A DNA stretch of 64,000 bases from an uncultured Chloroflexia bacterium (GCA_963746845.1 CAVVCZ010000006.1:32001-96000), one strand, 5' to 3'. Shown: positions 19,006 through 29,233, counted from the first letter of the stretch. Notes: a model not told the origin generated them from the letters alone. Numbers and translations are program-made.

Positions 19006-19219
19006 TGAAGAGGTCGAGCGGGCGGCCTCCGAGACGGGCGATCAAGTCGTCGATGACCGGCTCGAAGACGGCGTCGACACCACCTGCCTTGCTCAGCGCA
19101 TTGCCGAAGTCGAACAGGATCGTCCGTTCGATCGGCTGGCCGTTCTCGGTATCCGGGATCGAGACAAGGATCGCGTCGCCGAAGCGCACGTCGTAGGCCC
19201 GGACGATCAGCTCGCTCAT
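19005..19219 (-). CDS. ComEC-like MBL-fold hydrolase, N-terminal fragment cut at the junction
   Basis: VRAYDVRFGDAILVS..ILFDFG..RPLDL; ends just before the expected HxHxDH; ATGA overlap with the upstream peptidase. Confidence 0.75.
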
Positions 19220-20982
19220 TCGTCCAGGTCCGATACGACGTGGAGGAGCCGGGCCGTCTGCTTGACCCGGAGGATCCCGCTCGTGGCGACGGCGTCGATG
19301 CCGGACGCGGTTCGTTCGCCGTGAGCCCGGACCTCGGGCTCGGTGATCTCGACGATCCCCCGGCCGACGAGGTCGTCCAGCATCGCGTCGCGGGCGGCCC
19401 GGCGCCCCGCGAAGTCGAGCGGCCGCTGGAGCGCCCGGATCCGCTTCGCATTCGAGTCGATGACGAGGGTGGTGCCGGTCTGGACCCGGCGCCGCGGCGG
19501 ATCGAAGCCGCGTGGGTTGTCCTCGACCTGGCTCCAGCGGACCTTGAACAGCAGCTCACGGAACGGCGTTCCCGCCTCCTCGGCGGCGGCGGCATCGGCC
19601 GGCGGCTCGTCGTCGTCGTCGGGGGCGCCGGCGGCGGCCGCGGGCGGCGCCGGGGCCTGGCCGGCATGTGCTGCCGTCTCGTCGGGGCTCTGGACCCGAC
19701 CATCGACCACGACGCGCTTCAGCACCTCGAACTCCGCGTCATCGGGGATCTCGAGCAGGTCGCGATTGACGTCCGCGAACTTGTACGCGACCCAGTCGCT
19801 GTCCGCGAGTCCCTGGAGGTCCGCGGCGGCGACTGCCGGGTGGTCGATGTTCACCCTGACGTCGAGGGCTGACGCGTCGGCGACGATCCGGCGCGCGACG
19901 AACTTCGTCCGGAGTTTCTGGCCCCACTGCCGATCCCCCGGTGACGCCTCGTCGGCCGCGAGGATCGCCCGCCCGAAGTCCGCGAACGTGACCTCGCCCG
20001 GCGGCAGGTAGTCGAGTCCTCGGAGGACCATCCGTCGGAAGAGGCCTGCCGCGACGGCAAGCGCGAGTCCGGACGCCTTGAACCGGTCGCCACCGAACCG
20101 GCCCGCGTACTCGTCCTTGAAGGACTCGTGCATCTCGACGATCAGCTCGTACAGGACGCCGCTGATCACCTCGCTCAGCGCGTGCGGCTCGATCTCCTCG
20201 TTCTTCGGATCGATCTTCGCGTCGTTCTTCAGGTTCCGGAGATAGCCGGGCCTCCGCCCGCCGGCGATCGCGTCGCCGAACTGCTCGCCGATCGAGCTGA
20301 ACGCGTTCGACTTGTCGATCCGGCCGCCCGTCGCGTCGAGGATCGCGTGGGTCAGGCGACTGCTGTCGAACGCGATCAGCATCGCGGTCAAGTCGGCGAT
20401 CCCCTCGTGGAGCGCGAGCCCCTGTGGGTCGAGGGCGTCGTAGAGGTCCGGATCGATCCCGTCGATCAGGGCATGGGCCGTCTCGTGGGAGACGATGTCC
20501 CGCGAGAGGCTCGTGTAGATGGTCTTGCCGTCGGCATCGAACGAGAAGAACTGGAGGCTGTGCGAGGCTCGCTCGTAGTAGGCGTTCTCCATCCAGCCGG
20601 CGCGCGGGACGAGGAGGAGCTGCGGGGCATCGAACCCCCAATGGATCTCCCGGCCGAGGGTGCGCTTCTCCTCGAACAGCTTGATCGTCCGCCAGACGGT
20701 CGCGAACGCGCTGACCGCGATGAACGGCGGCGACTCGATATCGTCGCGATCGACGGTGTACCGGCCCAGCGTGCGCCCACCGGATGGCGGCTCGAACGGG
20801 ACCGGGTCGAGCAGGGTTTCGCTGTCGGGGTCGAGGTCGACGACGGCGAGCCGCGGCGTGATCGGGCCGGCGAGGAAGTGGTCCTGTTCCAGGCCCTTCC
20901 AGTCCTCGACCATCCGGCCCACCGCGGTCTCGGCGATCTCCGGGTCCTGGATCATCATCGGCAGCCGGGCGCGGGTCGCCAT
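19216..20982 (-). CDS. M4/M36-like gluzincin metallopeptidase without a signal peptide
   Basis: ENAYY, DIVSHETAHALIDG (HExxH), ALHEGIADL (third ligand), EPHALS. Confidence 0.85.
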   Translation of the reverse strand: MATRARLPMMIQDPEIAETAVGRMVEDWKGLEQDHFLAGPITPRLAVVDLDPDSETLLDPVPFEPPSGGRTLGRYTVDRDDIESPPFIAVSAFATVWRTIKLFEEKRTLGREIHWGFDAPQLLLVPRAGWMENAYYERASHSLQFFSFDADGKTIYTSLSRDIVSHETAHALIDGIDPDLYDALDPQGLALHEGIADLTAMLIAFDSSRLTHAILDATGGRIDKSNAFSSIGEQFGDAIAGGRRPGYLRNLKNDAKIDPKNEEIEPHALSEVISGVLYELIVEMHESFKDEYAGRFGGDRFKASGLALAVAAGLFRRMVLRGLDYLPPGEVTFADFGRAILAADEASPGDRQWGQKLRTKFVARRIVADASALDVRVNIDHPAVAAADLQGLADSDWVAYKFADVNRDLLEIPDDAEFEVLKRVVVDGRVQSPDETAAHAGQAPAPPAAAAGAPDDDDEPPADAAAAEEAGTPFRELLFKVRWSQVEDNPRGFDPPRRRVQTGTTLVIDSNAKRIRALQRPLDFAGRRAARDAMLDDLVGRGIVEITEPEVRAHGERTASGIDAVATSGILRVKQTARLLHVVSDLDE

Positions 20983-20986
20983 CGTG

Positions 20987-21925
20987 TCAGCCCGCAGCCG
21001 CAGCGATGGCCTGGGCGATCAGCGGGATCTTCAGGTAGCCCGTCAGTTCGTGGTTGTTCCGGGCCTGGTTGTTGACCGACTCGTCATGCGCGAAGTTCGG
21101 CGGCGGCGTGAACTCGTCACGCAGCGTGTGCTCGAGCGCGACCGGGTCGAACGGATCCGAGTAGTTCGACCAGGCGCCGATCTGCGGGGGAACCGGGTTG
21201 GGTCGACCGGCGCTGTCGCGGATCAGCTTCTGGACGTTGCCGATCCCCAGGGGGCAGCCGACCGTGAACAGGATGTCGACCTTGAGGCCAGCGAGGTCCG
21301 GCTGGTTGAGGACGTCGTAGGTGATGATCGTGCCGAGGCTGTGGGCGACGACGACCTTCGGCGCCGGGCTCGCGAGGAGCGCCTTGCGCACCGGCTCGCG
21401 CATCGCCTGCTTGAACGGCCCGTACAGGTAGTCGAGCACGTCGCTGGCGAACTTCCCGACGACGAACCGGAAGATCGGGTCGGGGAACGTGACGTTCAAC
21501 GCGGTGCCGCGACGGGGCGGCCGCGGCGAGCGATCCGCGATCCGGTCGGCCTCCCGGAAGAGCTCCTCGACCAGCGCGGTCGCGCTGTCCCGGTCCTTGG
21601 CGGAGATCGTGGTCGCGGCCGCCCCTCGACCGCCTCCGGCGGATGGCGCCAGCGTCGCGGCGACGATCCGGGAGGCCGCGACATCGGCACTGAGGTCGGG
21701 CGCCATGGCCGCACGGATGGCCCGCGTGCGTCGCTGCTTGTTCGCGCCAGCTGCCGCGGCCGCCCCACCGCCCGACGCGGCCGGCCACCGGACGTTCGCG
21801 TAGTAGCCGACACGCGTGGATGGCATGTCCCGGCCGAAGATCAGCGTGTCGGCGTCGCGCTTGAACTCCTTGACCGGCGCCTGTGGCCCGGCGCCGTGGA
21901 CGTAGACGAGCGGCAAAGGCGGCAC
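20987..21925 (-). CDS. Alpha/beta-hydrolase (lipase-like)
   Basis: GTG start with GGAGG RBS; VYVHG, VVAHSLG, FTVGCPLG, DPFDPVA, NNHELTGYL. Confidence 0.85.
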   Translation of the reverse strand: MPPLPLVYVHGAGPQAPVKEFKRDADTLIFGRDMPSTRVGYYANVRWPAASGGGAAAAAGANKQRRTRAIRAAMAPDLSADVAASRIVAATLAPSAGGGRGAAATTISAKDRDSATALVEELFREADRIADRSPRPPRRGTALNVTFPDPIFRFVVGKFASDVLDYLYGPFKQAMREPVRKALLASPAPKVVVAHSLGTIITYDVLNQPDLAGLKVDILFTVGCPLGIGNVQKLIRDSAGRPNPVPPQIGAWSNYSDPFDPVALEHTLRDEFTPPPNFAHDESVNNQARNNHELTGYLKIPLIAQAIAAAAG

Positions 21926-22028
21926 CGGGGAACCTCCGAGCTTCGTTGGATGCGTCGGGCACTCGCCCCTCGATCGCACGCCGACGCTATCGGACCACCG
22001 TCGCGCCGGCGTCGTGCGCCGCGCTCGA

Positions 22029-25000
22029 CTACGCCAGGAGCGCGTCCGCCTCCGCGAGATCGGGCGTCGAAGCGCCCTCGGTGATGCCGGCGCGGACCGC
22101 CCGGAGGGCGTCCAGCCGGCCCCGACGGTCCGGCTCCGGTGCGACCTGGCAGCGTCGGACGGCAGCCCGAAGCTGCGGCATCCGCGCCCCGAAGCGCTCC
22201 GCCATCGCGAACGCATGCTCGTACGACGCCATCGCGGCCGCGACATCGGGGTCCGGCCCCACGAGCAACAGGTCGCCGCGGACGACGTGGAAGAGCGGCG
22301 CGATCGGGTTGGTCGGTCCGCCCAGGTCGATCGCCTCGCCGATCAGCGGCAACCCCTGGCCGGGCAGGCCCGCCTCGACGTGCGCCCCTCCCTGGATGAA
22401 CCGAAGAAACGGCCAGAAGATCGGCGGCGTTCGGAGATCCTGATACTGGTCGAGGCCGTCCGCGATCTGGTGGAGACCCTCCGTCGGCCGGCCGAGCGCG
22501 CTCGTTGCCGCGCCGAGCAGGCACGTCCCGAGCGCACGCCAGATCGGCAGGTCACTCGCCTCGGCGACTCGCAGCGCCGCGGTTGCGCGCGCCGCGACGA
22601 GGTCCGGCTCGCGGCGCCACAGATGCAGGAACCCGGAGTGGAACAGCCCGTACGCCAGCGAGTACGGGTGGTCGAGCTCGGTCGCGACCACGATCGAGCG
22701 GTCGGCCCGTTCGACGGCCCGATCGGGGTGGCCCAGGAGCCAGAGGAAGAACCCCGACGTCGTCAGGCACGACACCCGCACGTCCAGCCCGAGCCGGTAC
22801 CGCCGGGGCCGGTAGGCGGGGCTCTCGAACCCCCCGATCGCCTGGTCGAGGTACCGCAGACCTCCCTCGAGATCGCCGGCGAACCCGGTGTCGGCGCCGA
22901 GGATGAAGTTGCCGTCGACCCGCATGCTCGGGTCGTTCTCGGCATCGGCCAGCTGCAGGATCTGATTCGCGTACCCGATGCCCTTGTCGACCTCCCCGCG
23001 GAACCCATGGAAGCTCGCGAGGCTGCGCAGGACCGGGAAGAGCAGCGGGACGTCGGGGTGGTCCTGGAGCAGTGCCAGCGCCTCGACGTAGGCGTCCTCG
23101 GCCTCGCCGGTGTAGCCGCGCAGCAGCGTGAGCGCCCGGGCGAGGCTCGTCCGGAGCGTCAGCTCCTCCTGCCAGTGATCGGACCGGTCGGGCATCGCCG
23201 TCAGGACGCCGAGCATGTCGCGGATCGCTTCGACGGTCGCGTGGTACCAGCCTCGTCCGTCGTAGAAGGGCCACATCGCGCCCTTGAGCTCTTTCAGTCC
23301 ATCGAGATCGCGCTCCGCCACCCGGTGGCCCCACGCGATCCGGAGGTTGTCGATCTCGAGCGCCACGGCATCGCTGGAACCGGCACGCTCGGCGTCGCCG
23401 GTCGTTCGGGCGATGTCTGTCGCGTACTGCACGAAGAAGCGTGCGTGGTGGTCTCGCGCCGAGGTGGCGAACGCGGGGCGCGCATCGAGCCGCTCCGCCG
23501 CGTACTCGCGGATCGTCTCGAGCATGACGATCCGCGGCTCGCCGTCGGTGGCGGTCGTGTCGGCCTGCCGGACAAGGCTCTTGTCCAGCAGGGAGCCGAG
23601 ACCTTCGAGCGCGTTGAGCTCGACACCGGCGTCCTCGTCGAGCCCGGCCGCCACCGCCTCCACCGCTTCGACCGACGCGCCGGCAAAGACCGACAGCAGC
23701 TCGAGCAGCCGTTGCTCGGCCGGCTCCAGGAGCAGGTAGCTCCACTCGATCGTCGCCCGGAGCGTCTGCTGCCGTTCCGGGAGGTCGCGCGCTCCGCCGG
23801 CCAGCATCTTCAGCCGGCTTCCGAGCCGGTCGCGGAGCGCCTCGGGCGAGAAGAGGTTCAGCCGGGCGGTGGCGAGCTCGATCGCGAGCGGCAGCCCGTC
23901 GAGCCGGCGGCAGATCTCGAGGACGGCGGCCGCGTTGTCGTCGGTGAGATGGAAGTCGGACCGGACGGCCCGTGCCCGCTCGACGAAGAGCTGGATCGCC
24001 TCGAACTGCGTGAGCTCCGCCGCCGTCGTCGCGTGGCCCGCCGCGGCCGGGAGCGACAGCGGCGGCACGGACACGACGTTCTCCCCCCGCACCCGGAGGG
24101 CCTGGCGGCTCGTGACGAGCAGCTTCAGGCCGGGACAGTCGGCGAGGAGGTCGATGAGGACGGGCGCCGCGACGGCGACCTGCTCGAAGTTGTCCAGGAC
24201 GAGCAGCACACGCTGGGAGCGCAGCTGGCGGCGGAGCTCGTCGAGCGGCGCGCGATTGGTCGTGTCGGCGAGACCAACGGCGACCGCGACGAGGGCGACG
24301 ACGCCGTCCGCGTCGCTCGCGGTGACGAGGTTCACGAAGAAGACGCCGTCGGTGAACCGGTCGATCTGGTCGGCGGCTGCCCGGAGGGCGAGGCGGGTCT
24401 TGCCCGTCCCGCCGGGTCCCGTCAGGGTGACGAGCCGGACGCCGGCGTCATCGAGGCGCTCGCGGATGACGCGCAGCTCGGCGTCGCGACCGATGAACGC
24501 CGACGACTCCGTCGGCAGGTTGTTCGGCCGGCGATCGAGCGTGGCGAGCGGCGGGAACTCGGCGGGCAGGTCCGGATGGGTCAGCTGGAAGAGGCGCTCG
24601 GGCCGGCCGAGATCCTTCAACCGATGCTCGCCGAGATCTCGAAGCGCGACGCTTCCCGGAAGGTCACCGTCGAGGAGCGCGGCGGCCGAGCCCGACAGCA
24701 GGACCTGGCCGCCGTGACCGACCGCCATGATCCGCGCGGTCCGGTTGACGGCCGGACCGAAGAAGTCCCCGCCTCGCGACTCCGCCTCGCCGGTGTGGAT
24801 CCCCATCCGGACGCGGATCGGGCAGGAGCTCGGCCACGTCTCCGCGAACAACGCCCCCTGGGCGGCGATCGCCGCCGTCACGGCACCGATCGGGGCGTCG
24901 AACACGGCCATCAGGCCGTCGCCGGTCGTCTTGACGACGTCGCCGTTCGAGCCCTCGATCGCTGACCGGATCAGGACCTCGTGCCGGGCCAGTGCGGCCT

Positions 25001-25145
25001 GCATCTCGCGCGGGTTCTGCTCCCAGAGACGCGTGCTGCCCTCGACGTCGGTGAAGAGGAAGGTCCGCGGCGCATCGCGGAGCGACGCGGACGACGGCTC
25101 CTCGACGACCTGACCCGAGGTCGATCCGCTCGGTGGTGAGACCAA
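22029..25145 (-). CDS. Class III adenylate/guanylate cyclase + STAND (NB-ARC-like) ATPase + TPR-like protein
   Basis: TFLFTDVEGST, GDG, VRMGIHTG, AVNRTAR; GPGGTGKT; LLVLDNFE; LDGLPLAIELA; helical C-terminus; start estimated at TTG 25145. Confidence 0.9.
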   Translation of the reverse strand: MVSPPSGSTSGQVVEEPSSASLRDAPRTFLFTDVEGSTRLWEQNPREMQAALARHEVLIRSAIEGSNGDVVKTTGDGLMAVFDAPIGAVTAAIAAQGALFAETWPSSCPIRVRMGIHTGEAESRGGDFFGPAVNRTARIMAVGHGGQVLLSGSAAALLDGDLPGSVALRDLGEHRLKDLGRPERLFQLTHPDLPAEFPPLATLDRRPNNLPTESSAFIGRDAELRVIRERLDDAGVRLVTLTGPGGTGKTRLALRAAADQIDRFTDGVFFVNLVTASDADGVVALVAVAVGLADTTNRAPLDELRRQLRSQRVLLVLDNFEQVAVAAPVLIDLLADCPGLKLLVTSRQALRVRGENVVSVPPLSLPAAAGHATTAAELTQFEAIQLFVERARAVRSDFHLTDDNAAAVLEICRRLDGLPLAIELATARLNLFSPEALRDRLGSRLKMLAGGARDLPERQQTLRATIEWSYLLLEPAEQRLLELLSVFAGASVEAVEAVAAGLDEDAGVELNALEGLGSLLDKSLVRQADTTATDGEPRIVMLETIREYAAERLDARPAFATSARDHHARFFVQYATDIARTTGDAERAGSSDAVALEIDNLRIAWGHRVAERDLDGLKELKGAMWPFYDGRGWYHATVEAIRDMLGVLTAMPDRSDHWQEELTLRTSLARALTLLRGYTGEAEDAYVEALALLQDHPDVPLLFPVLRSLASFHGFRGEVDKGIGYANQILQLADAENDPSMRVDGNFILGADTGFAGDLEGGLRYLDQAIGGFESPAYRPRRYRLGLDVRVSCLTTSGFFLWLLGHPDRAVERADRSIVVATELDHPYSLAYGLFHSGFLHLWRREPDLVAARATAALRVAEASDLPIWRALGTCLLGAATSALGRPTEGLHQIADGLDQYQDLRTPPIFWPFLRFIQGGAHVEAGLPGQGLPLIGEAIDLGGPTNPIAPLFHVVRGDLLLVGPDPDVAAAMASYEHAFAMAERFGARMPQLRAAVRRCQVAPEPDRRGRLDALRAVRAGITEGASTPDLAEADALLA

Positions 25146-25299
25146 CGCCGCTCCAATCTCCAGCCTGACTCGACCAGGTGATCGTGACACGGGCAGCGCC
25201 GACTCGTCCGAAAGCCGCGACGAACGTCCACCGGAACACCTTCGGCAGTGGGCGTGAGGGCTCCGAACATGCAGCCTCGATGCCCGGGTGGGCGAGGCG

Positions 25300-26433
25300 T
25301 CACCCTCCGAAGAACGCGCGGACGCTACTGACGAGTATCCCGACCACACCGGCGACCAGCGGCGCAGCGACCGCAGCCCAGGCGGTCCGCAGCGCGGTTG
25401 TGTGGATCGGCCAGGCCGGATAGGTCAGGGTGATCTCGGCGGCGCGTCGATCCAGCTCGACCAGGAGATCCGTACCTTCCTTCAGCCTTCTCGTGATCAC
25501 AGCGGGCGTCTGGCTCGTGACGATCGTCGCCCGAGCGACGCGATCGTAAACAGCGCCAACTTCACCCAGCACCGTCCCGCGCGCCGTCAGCATCGCCTCA
25601 TGCGGAAAGTGCAGCCAGAACCAGAGGACGAGCGGGGCCACCACGAGGAGAGCGCCGACGCCGAATACGGATTCCATCGAGGCCAGCAGGTTGTTGCCCT
25701 GCTGAAGCGACAACACGTTGATGAATAGCACAGCGGACCCCGCCGCGGCGCCGGCCCAGGCCAGGATCGTGACGCGCCGGCCGATCGGGCCGAATCCTCC
25801 GGCGCCGTCCGGGTGGTACGGGTAGACCCGGATCCGATACCGATCGAACAACTCGGTCGTCACTCGAATTCCCGCGACCATCCGGAAGAACGACAGCGTT
25901 GCGGCGTAGATCACCGGTGCGGCGACGAGGAGATCGAGGATGAGTTGGACGGTCGCTGCCGTACTGCCCGGCGGCAGGTTGCGGAACTTGACGATCGAGT
26001 AGAGGGCGATCAGGTAGATGCCGGGGACGAAAAACCACGCGTACTCGTATCGGTCTTTCGCGTTTGCCTCGAACTGATCGATCGAGACGGTCGTCCCCTC
26101 CTTGGGCCCCAGGATGACGCCGTTTGCCCGGAGCTCCGGGATCAGTGCAACGGATGAACCGGGCGACCAGAAGTACAGGTACATCGCGACCGGGACGGCG
26201 AGGAAAGCCCAGGCGGCCATCTGTTGGGAATCCGGGCTGGACAGAGGCGGGATCGATTGTCCGCTGAGGGTCAGCGCCGGCCGAAGCAGGCCGTTGACGG
26301 CGGTCAGGATTACCACCGACACGATCATGATCAGGGCCCGATCCGACACCTTTGTGCCGCGCGTCATGACCGTCGGACCCATCGCCCGAAGGAGAGGGTC
26401 GCCCGGCATCCGCTCAGTCGTGGCGCTGCTCAT
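25300..26433 (-). CDS. Multi-pass membrane protein
   Basis: Several TM segments; PYHPDGAGGFGPIG and YPAWP. Confidence 0.75.
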   Translation of the reverse strand: MSSATTERMPGDPLLRAMGPTVMTRGTKVSDRALIMIVSVVILTAVNGLLRPALTLSGQSIPPLSSPDSQQMAAWAFLAVPVAMYLYFWSPGSSVALIPELRANGVILGPKEGTTVSIDQFEANAKDRYEYAWFFVPGIYLIALYSIVKFRNLPPGSTAATVQLILDLLVAAPVIYAATLSFFRMVAGIRVTTELFDRYRIRVYPYHPDGAGGFGPIGRRVTILAWAGAAAGSAVLFINVLSLQQGNNLLASMESVFGVGALLVVAPLVLWFWLHFPHEAMLTARGTVLGEVGAVYDRVARATIVTSQTPAVITRRLKEGTDLLVELDRRAAEITLTYPAWPIHTTALRTAWAAVAAPLVAGVVGILVSSVRAFFGG

Positions 26434-26446
26434 CCGGGTGCTCCGT

Positions 26447-27580
26447 TCAGGGCTCCGGCCAGAGCAGCTGGTATGCCGAGGCCGACGAGACTGCAAGACC
26501 GAGGTCGTGCTCGAGATCGAGCAAGGTCTTCAGCGGCATCGTCGACGCGAGATGACACGACGCCGGGTTGCCTGCCTTCGCGCAGTAGACGACCTCAGGC
26601 TCGATGAATGACGCAGGGCGGGCTCCGCTCAACTGCTCGCTGAGCTCGCAGGGATCGACCGCGGTCGCATTGTCGCTGGCCGTCATCGGATCGCACGTTG
26701 CGCCCGAGCTCCGGAGATGGCCGACCATCGTCGCCGGTCGCCACTCGACGGCCAGACGCCGTTCGTCCGGGAACATCGATCCGAGAACCGGCGTGCGGTT
26801 CTCGACCCGCCAGTAGGTCCAATAGATCGGGCGCACCGTCAGGTCGCCCTCGAGGTCCGGGCGGCAGCCGGCTGCGCTGTCGCCCGCCAACTCCCCAGCC
26901 GTCCAGTTCGTCGGCTCGTCATCGGTCTGGATTACATCACCCTTCGCGACCCACAGGTCGACGGAGAACATGGCCACGTCGGCCTCGGACGGACGTGCGA
27001 ACAAGATGACCCGCTCGTCGGTCTCCTGGCCGGCGTCGAGCCAGCTGCCATCGAGCATCCGACCGGTCGCGAGCATCGTCCAGGAGTCGGCCGCTGCCTC
27101 GAGGTACCGGCCGCCAAACGGCGTCGAGCAGAACCCTTGTTCCTTCGGGAGCGCCGCGTCGAACTCGGCGCCGTTTCGTTGCACGAGCCTCGCGCCCCAC
27201 AGGTTGTACTGGGCGGCGAGCACGGTCACCCGGCGGCTACCGGCGTTCTTGACGTGGACGACGGCCTCGAACTGTCGCAAGTCGCCGAGGCCCTCGGACT
27301 CGGGAACCGGCTTCGGGTCTCCGAGCTGGACTGACACGGACAGGTCCGCGGGCAGCGTCGATGGGACGTACGCAGACTGGTGCCACAGGGCGAAGCCGGA
27401 CAGACTGACACCGATGACCGCGACGACGGCGCTGAGCTGAAACGCGCGCAACCACGGAACACGTGCTCGCCAGCCAGTCGACGGCGGCTGATGGATGACG
27501 ACATGGACTCGTTGATCACCATCACCCGCGGGCCCGGCCACCGCGGGGGGTCCTGACGGCGGCGGCAGTTGATCGGTCAC
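26447..27580 (-). CDS. Membrane-anchored hypothetical protein
   Basis: One N-terminal TM, Cys-containing distal part; GGAGGG RBS. Confidence 0.65.
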   Translation of the reverse strand: MTDQLPPPSGPPAVAGPAGDGDQRVHVVIHQPPSTGWRARVPWLRAFQLSAVVAVIGVSLSGFALWHQSAYVPSTLPADLSVSVQLGDPKPVPESEGLGDLRQFEAVVHVKNAGSRRVTVLAAQYNLWGARLVQRNGAEFDAALPKEQGFCSTPFGGRYLEAAADSWTMLATGRMLDGSWLDAGQETDERVILFARPSEADVAMFSVDLWVAKGDVIQTDDEPTNWTAGELAGDSAAGCRPDLEGDLTVRPIYWTYWRVENRTPVLGSMFPDERRLAVEWRPATMVGHLRSSGATCDPMTASDNATAVDPCELSEQLSGARPASFIEPEVVYCAKAGNPASCHLASTMPLKTLLDLEHDLGLAVSSASAYQLLWPEP

Positions 27581-27938
27581 GAGCGATCCCTCCTGCGCGG
27601 GTGGGCCGTTTCGAGAGATTCACCGGAGCAACTCGAGATCCGGGCGCGTGACGGTCTGGGCGCAATCGCGGTATAGCAGCGGCACATCTCCGCTCCGTCT
27701 CGCACCTTGTCGAGACACCCTCCCGACCCCATGTCCGCCCTGAGCCTCATCGGGCTCCTCCATGCGGCTCTCTCACCCGAACATGGGACGAGCGATCCGG
27801 AATGTTACGGGCCAGATGGAACCAATTCGCCTTGGCCTGGACCTCAATACGTCGTTCGTGCAGCAACTGGGCTCTGTCCTGGTCGCCGCATGGCCGGACG
27901 ATCGCCTTCGATATCGACAACCACGCCGCGTCAGACAG

Positions 27939-28460
27939 TCAGCGGCCTCCGGGTCGTTCCGACCACGGCTCCAGGACGACGATCGCGGTCTCGCGGGACC
28001 GGAGCGCCGCGCTCGCATCCGTGAATGCGGAGGACCCCAGGGCGAGGAAGTTCGCCCATAGGCGCGCGCGCTCGTCGCCGATGGCGGCCCGCGCTCGGAC
28101 CTCGCGCCGACCCTCGGGCAGCTCGACGACGGCCTCCGGATGCGCCTGGAGGTTGAGCCACCACGCGGGCTCGGGATCGGCCCAGCCGTTCATCGCCGGG
28201 GTGACGAGGTTCGGGCCATCGGCGATGAAGCCGACGATCGCCACTCGGCTCTTGCCGGTCTTGCGGCCGACGGTCGTGAGCCGGAGCATCCCCCAGCGAT
28301 GGTCGTTGGCGGTCCGCAGCCCGAGGCGGCCGCCCGTGAGCCGGTATGCGGTCCGGTGCACGATCCAGATCGTCCGGACGAGCCACCGCGGGACGTAGGG
28401 CGGCGCCTTCGGGGTCTCGGTCATCTCGCTGGTCTCGGTCATCTCGTTGGTCTCGGTCAT
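27939..28460 (-). CDS. Deazaflavin (F420)-dependent nitroreductase (DDN family)
   Basis: LTTVGRKTGKSR, PAWWLNLQAHPEA; GGAGGAG RBS before ATG 28460. Confidence 0.85.
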   Translation of the reverse strand: MTETNEMTETSEMTETPKAPPYVPRWLVRTIWIVHRTAYRLTGGRLGLRTANDHRWGMLRLTTVGRKTGKSRVAIVGFIADGPNLVTPAMNGWADPEPAWWLNLQAHPEAVVELPEGRREVRARAAIGDERARLWANFLALGSSAFTDASAALRSRETAIVVLEPWSERPGGR

Positions 28461-28466
28461 CTCGCT
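28413..28466. repeat. Three 18-nt tandem repeats encoding EMTET
   Basis: GGTCTCGGTCATCTCG(C/T)T repeated three times. Confidence 0.85.
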
Positions 28467-28473
28467 CTCCTCC

Positions 28474-28521
28474 ATGTTTACACCGTCAACTACGGCGTAA
28501 ACATAGCGCTACACCGTAAAC
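28474..28521. promoter_or_regulatory. Probable TetR operator
   Basis: ATGTTTACACCGT-N5-ACGGCGTAAACAT inverted repeat (1 mismatch) plus a third TACACCGTAAAC site between divergent genes. Confidence 0.7.
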
Positions 28522-28529
28522 TCGTCAAG

Positions 28530-29183
28530 GTGATGATCGAAGAAGAGCCCAGCGCTGCACGTCGGCCGCCTGTGAGCCGCGAGCGCGTGCTCGCGGCCGC
28601 AGTCGAGCTCGCCGACGGGGGCGGCCTCGATGCGATGAGCATGCGCAAGATCGGCCAGAGGCTCGACGTCGAGGCGATGGCCCTCTACCGCCATGTCCGC
28701 GACAAGGACGACCTCCTCGACGGCATCGTCGACGTCGTCATCGGTGAGATCGACCGACCGCGGCCGAATGACGATTGGAAGGCCGGCCTCCGGGATCAGG
28801 TCCTTGCCGCGCGACGAGTGATGCTCCGCCACCCGTGGGCACCACGGTTGATCCAGGAGCGCGGTACGAGTGGTCCGGCCTCACTCGACCGGATCGAGGC
28901 GGCGATCGGCACGCTCCTGGCCGGAGGGTTCTCCATCGATCTCGTCCATCACGCCCTCCACGTCCTGAGCAGTCGGATCTACGGGTTCAACCAGGATTTG
29001 TTCGACGACTCGCCGCGGGGCCGCGAACCCGGGCCGGTCCCGCCGGCCGACCGGTACCCGAGCATCGGTCGGATGGCGCAGGCCGCCAGCCACGAGGGCG
29101 GGCTCGGCTACTGCGACGACGACGTGGAATTCGCCTTCGGCCTCGACCTGATCCTTGACGGCCTCGAGCGCCTGCGGGCCTGA
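28530..29183 (+). CDS. TetR family regulator
   Basis: SRERVLAAAVELAD..SMRKIG..MALYRHVRDKDDLL; FAFGLDLILDGLE. Confidence 0.92.
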   Translation: MMIEEEPSAARRPPVSRERVLAAAVELADGGGLDAMSMRKIGQRLDVEAMALYRHVRDKDDLLDGIVDVVIGEIDRPRPNDDWKAGLRDQVLAARRVMLRHPWAPRLIQERGTSGPASLDRIEAAIGTLLAGGFSIDLVHHALHVLSSRIYGFNQDLFDDSPRGREPGPVPPADRYPSIGRMAQAASHEGGLGYCDDDVEFAFGLDLILDGLERLRA

Positions 29184-29233
29184 TCCGGCCGTATGCGCCA
29201 GCGCTGCGACACGCATGTCACCTTTCGCGTGAG

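Noticed and set aside
17952-19196. MFS with a novel basic C-terminal domain
   Set aside because: The tail is read-through across the sequence junction
22014-24965. 983-aa plus-strand ORF and similar long ORFs (13699-14895, 31488-33638, 43803-45944, 60029-61699)
   Set aside because: Antisense shadows of well-supported genes in GC-rich DNA; no motifs
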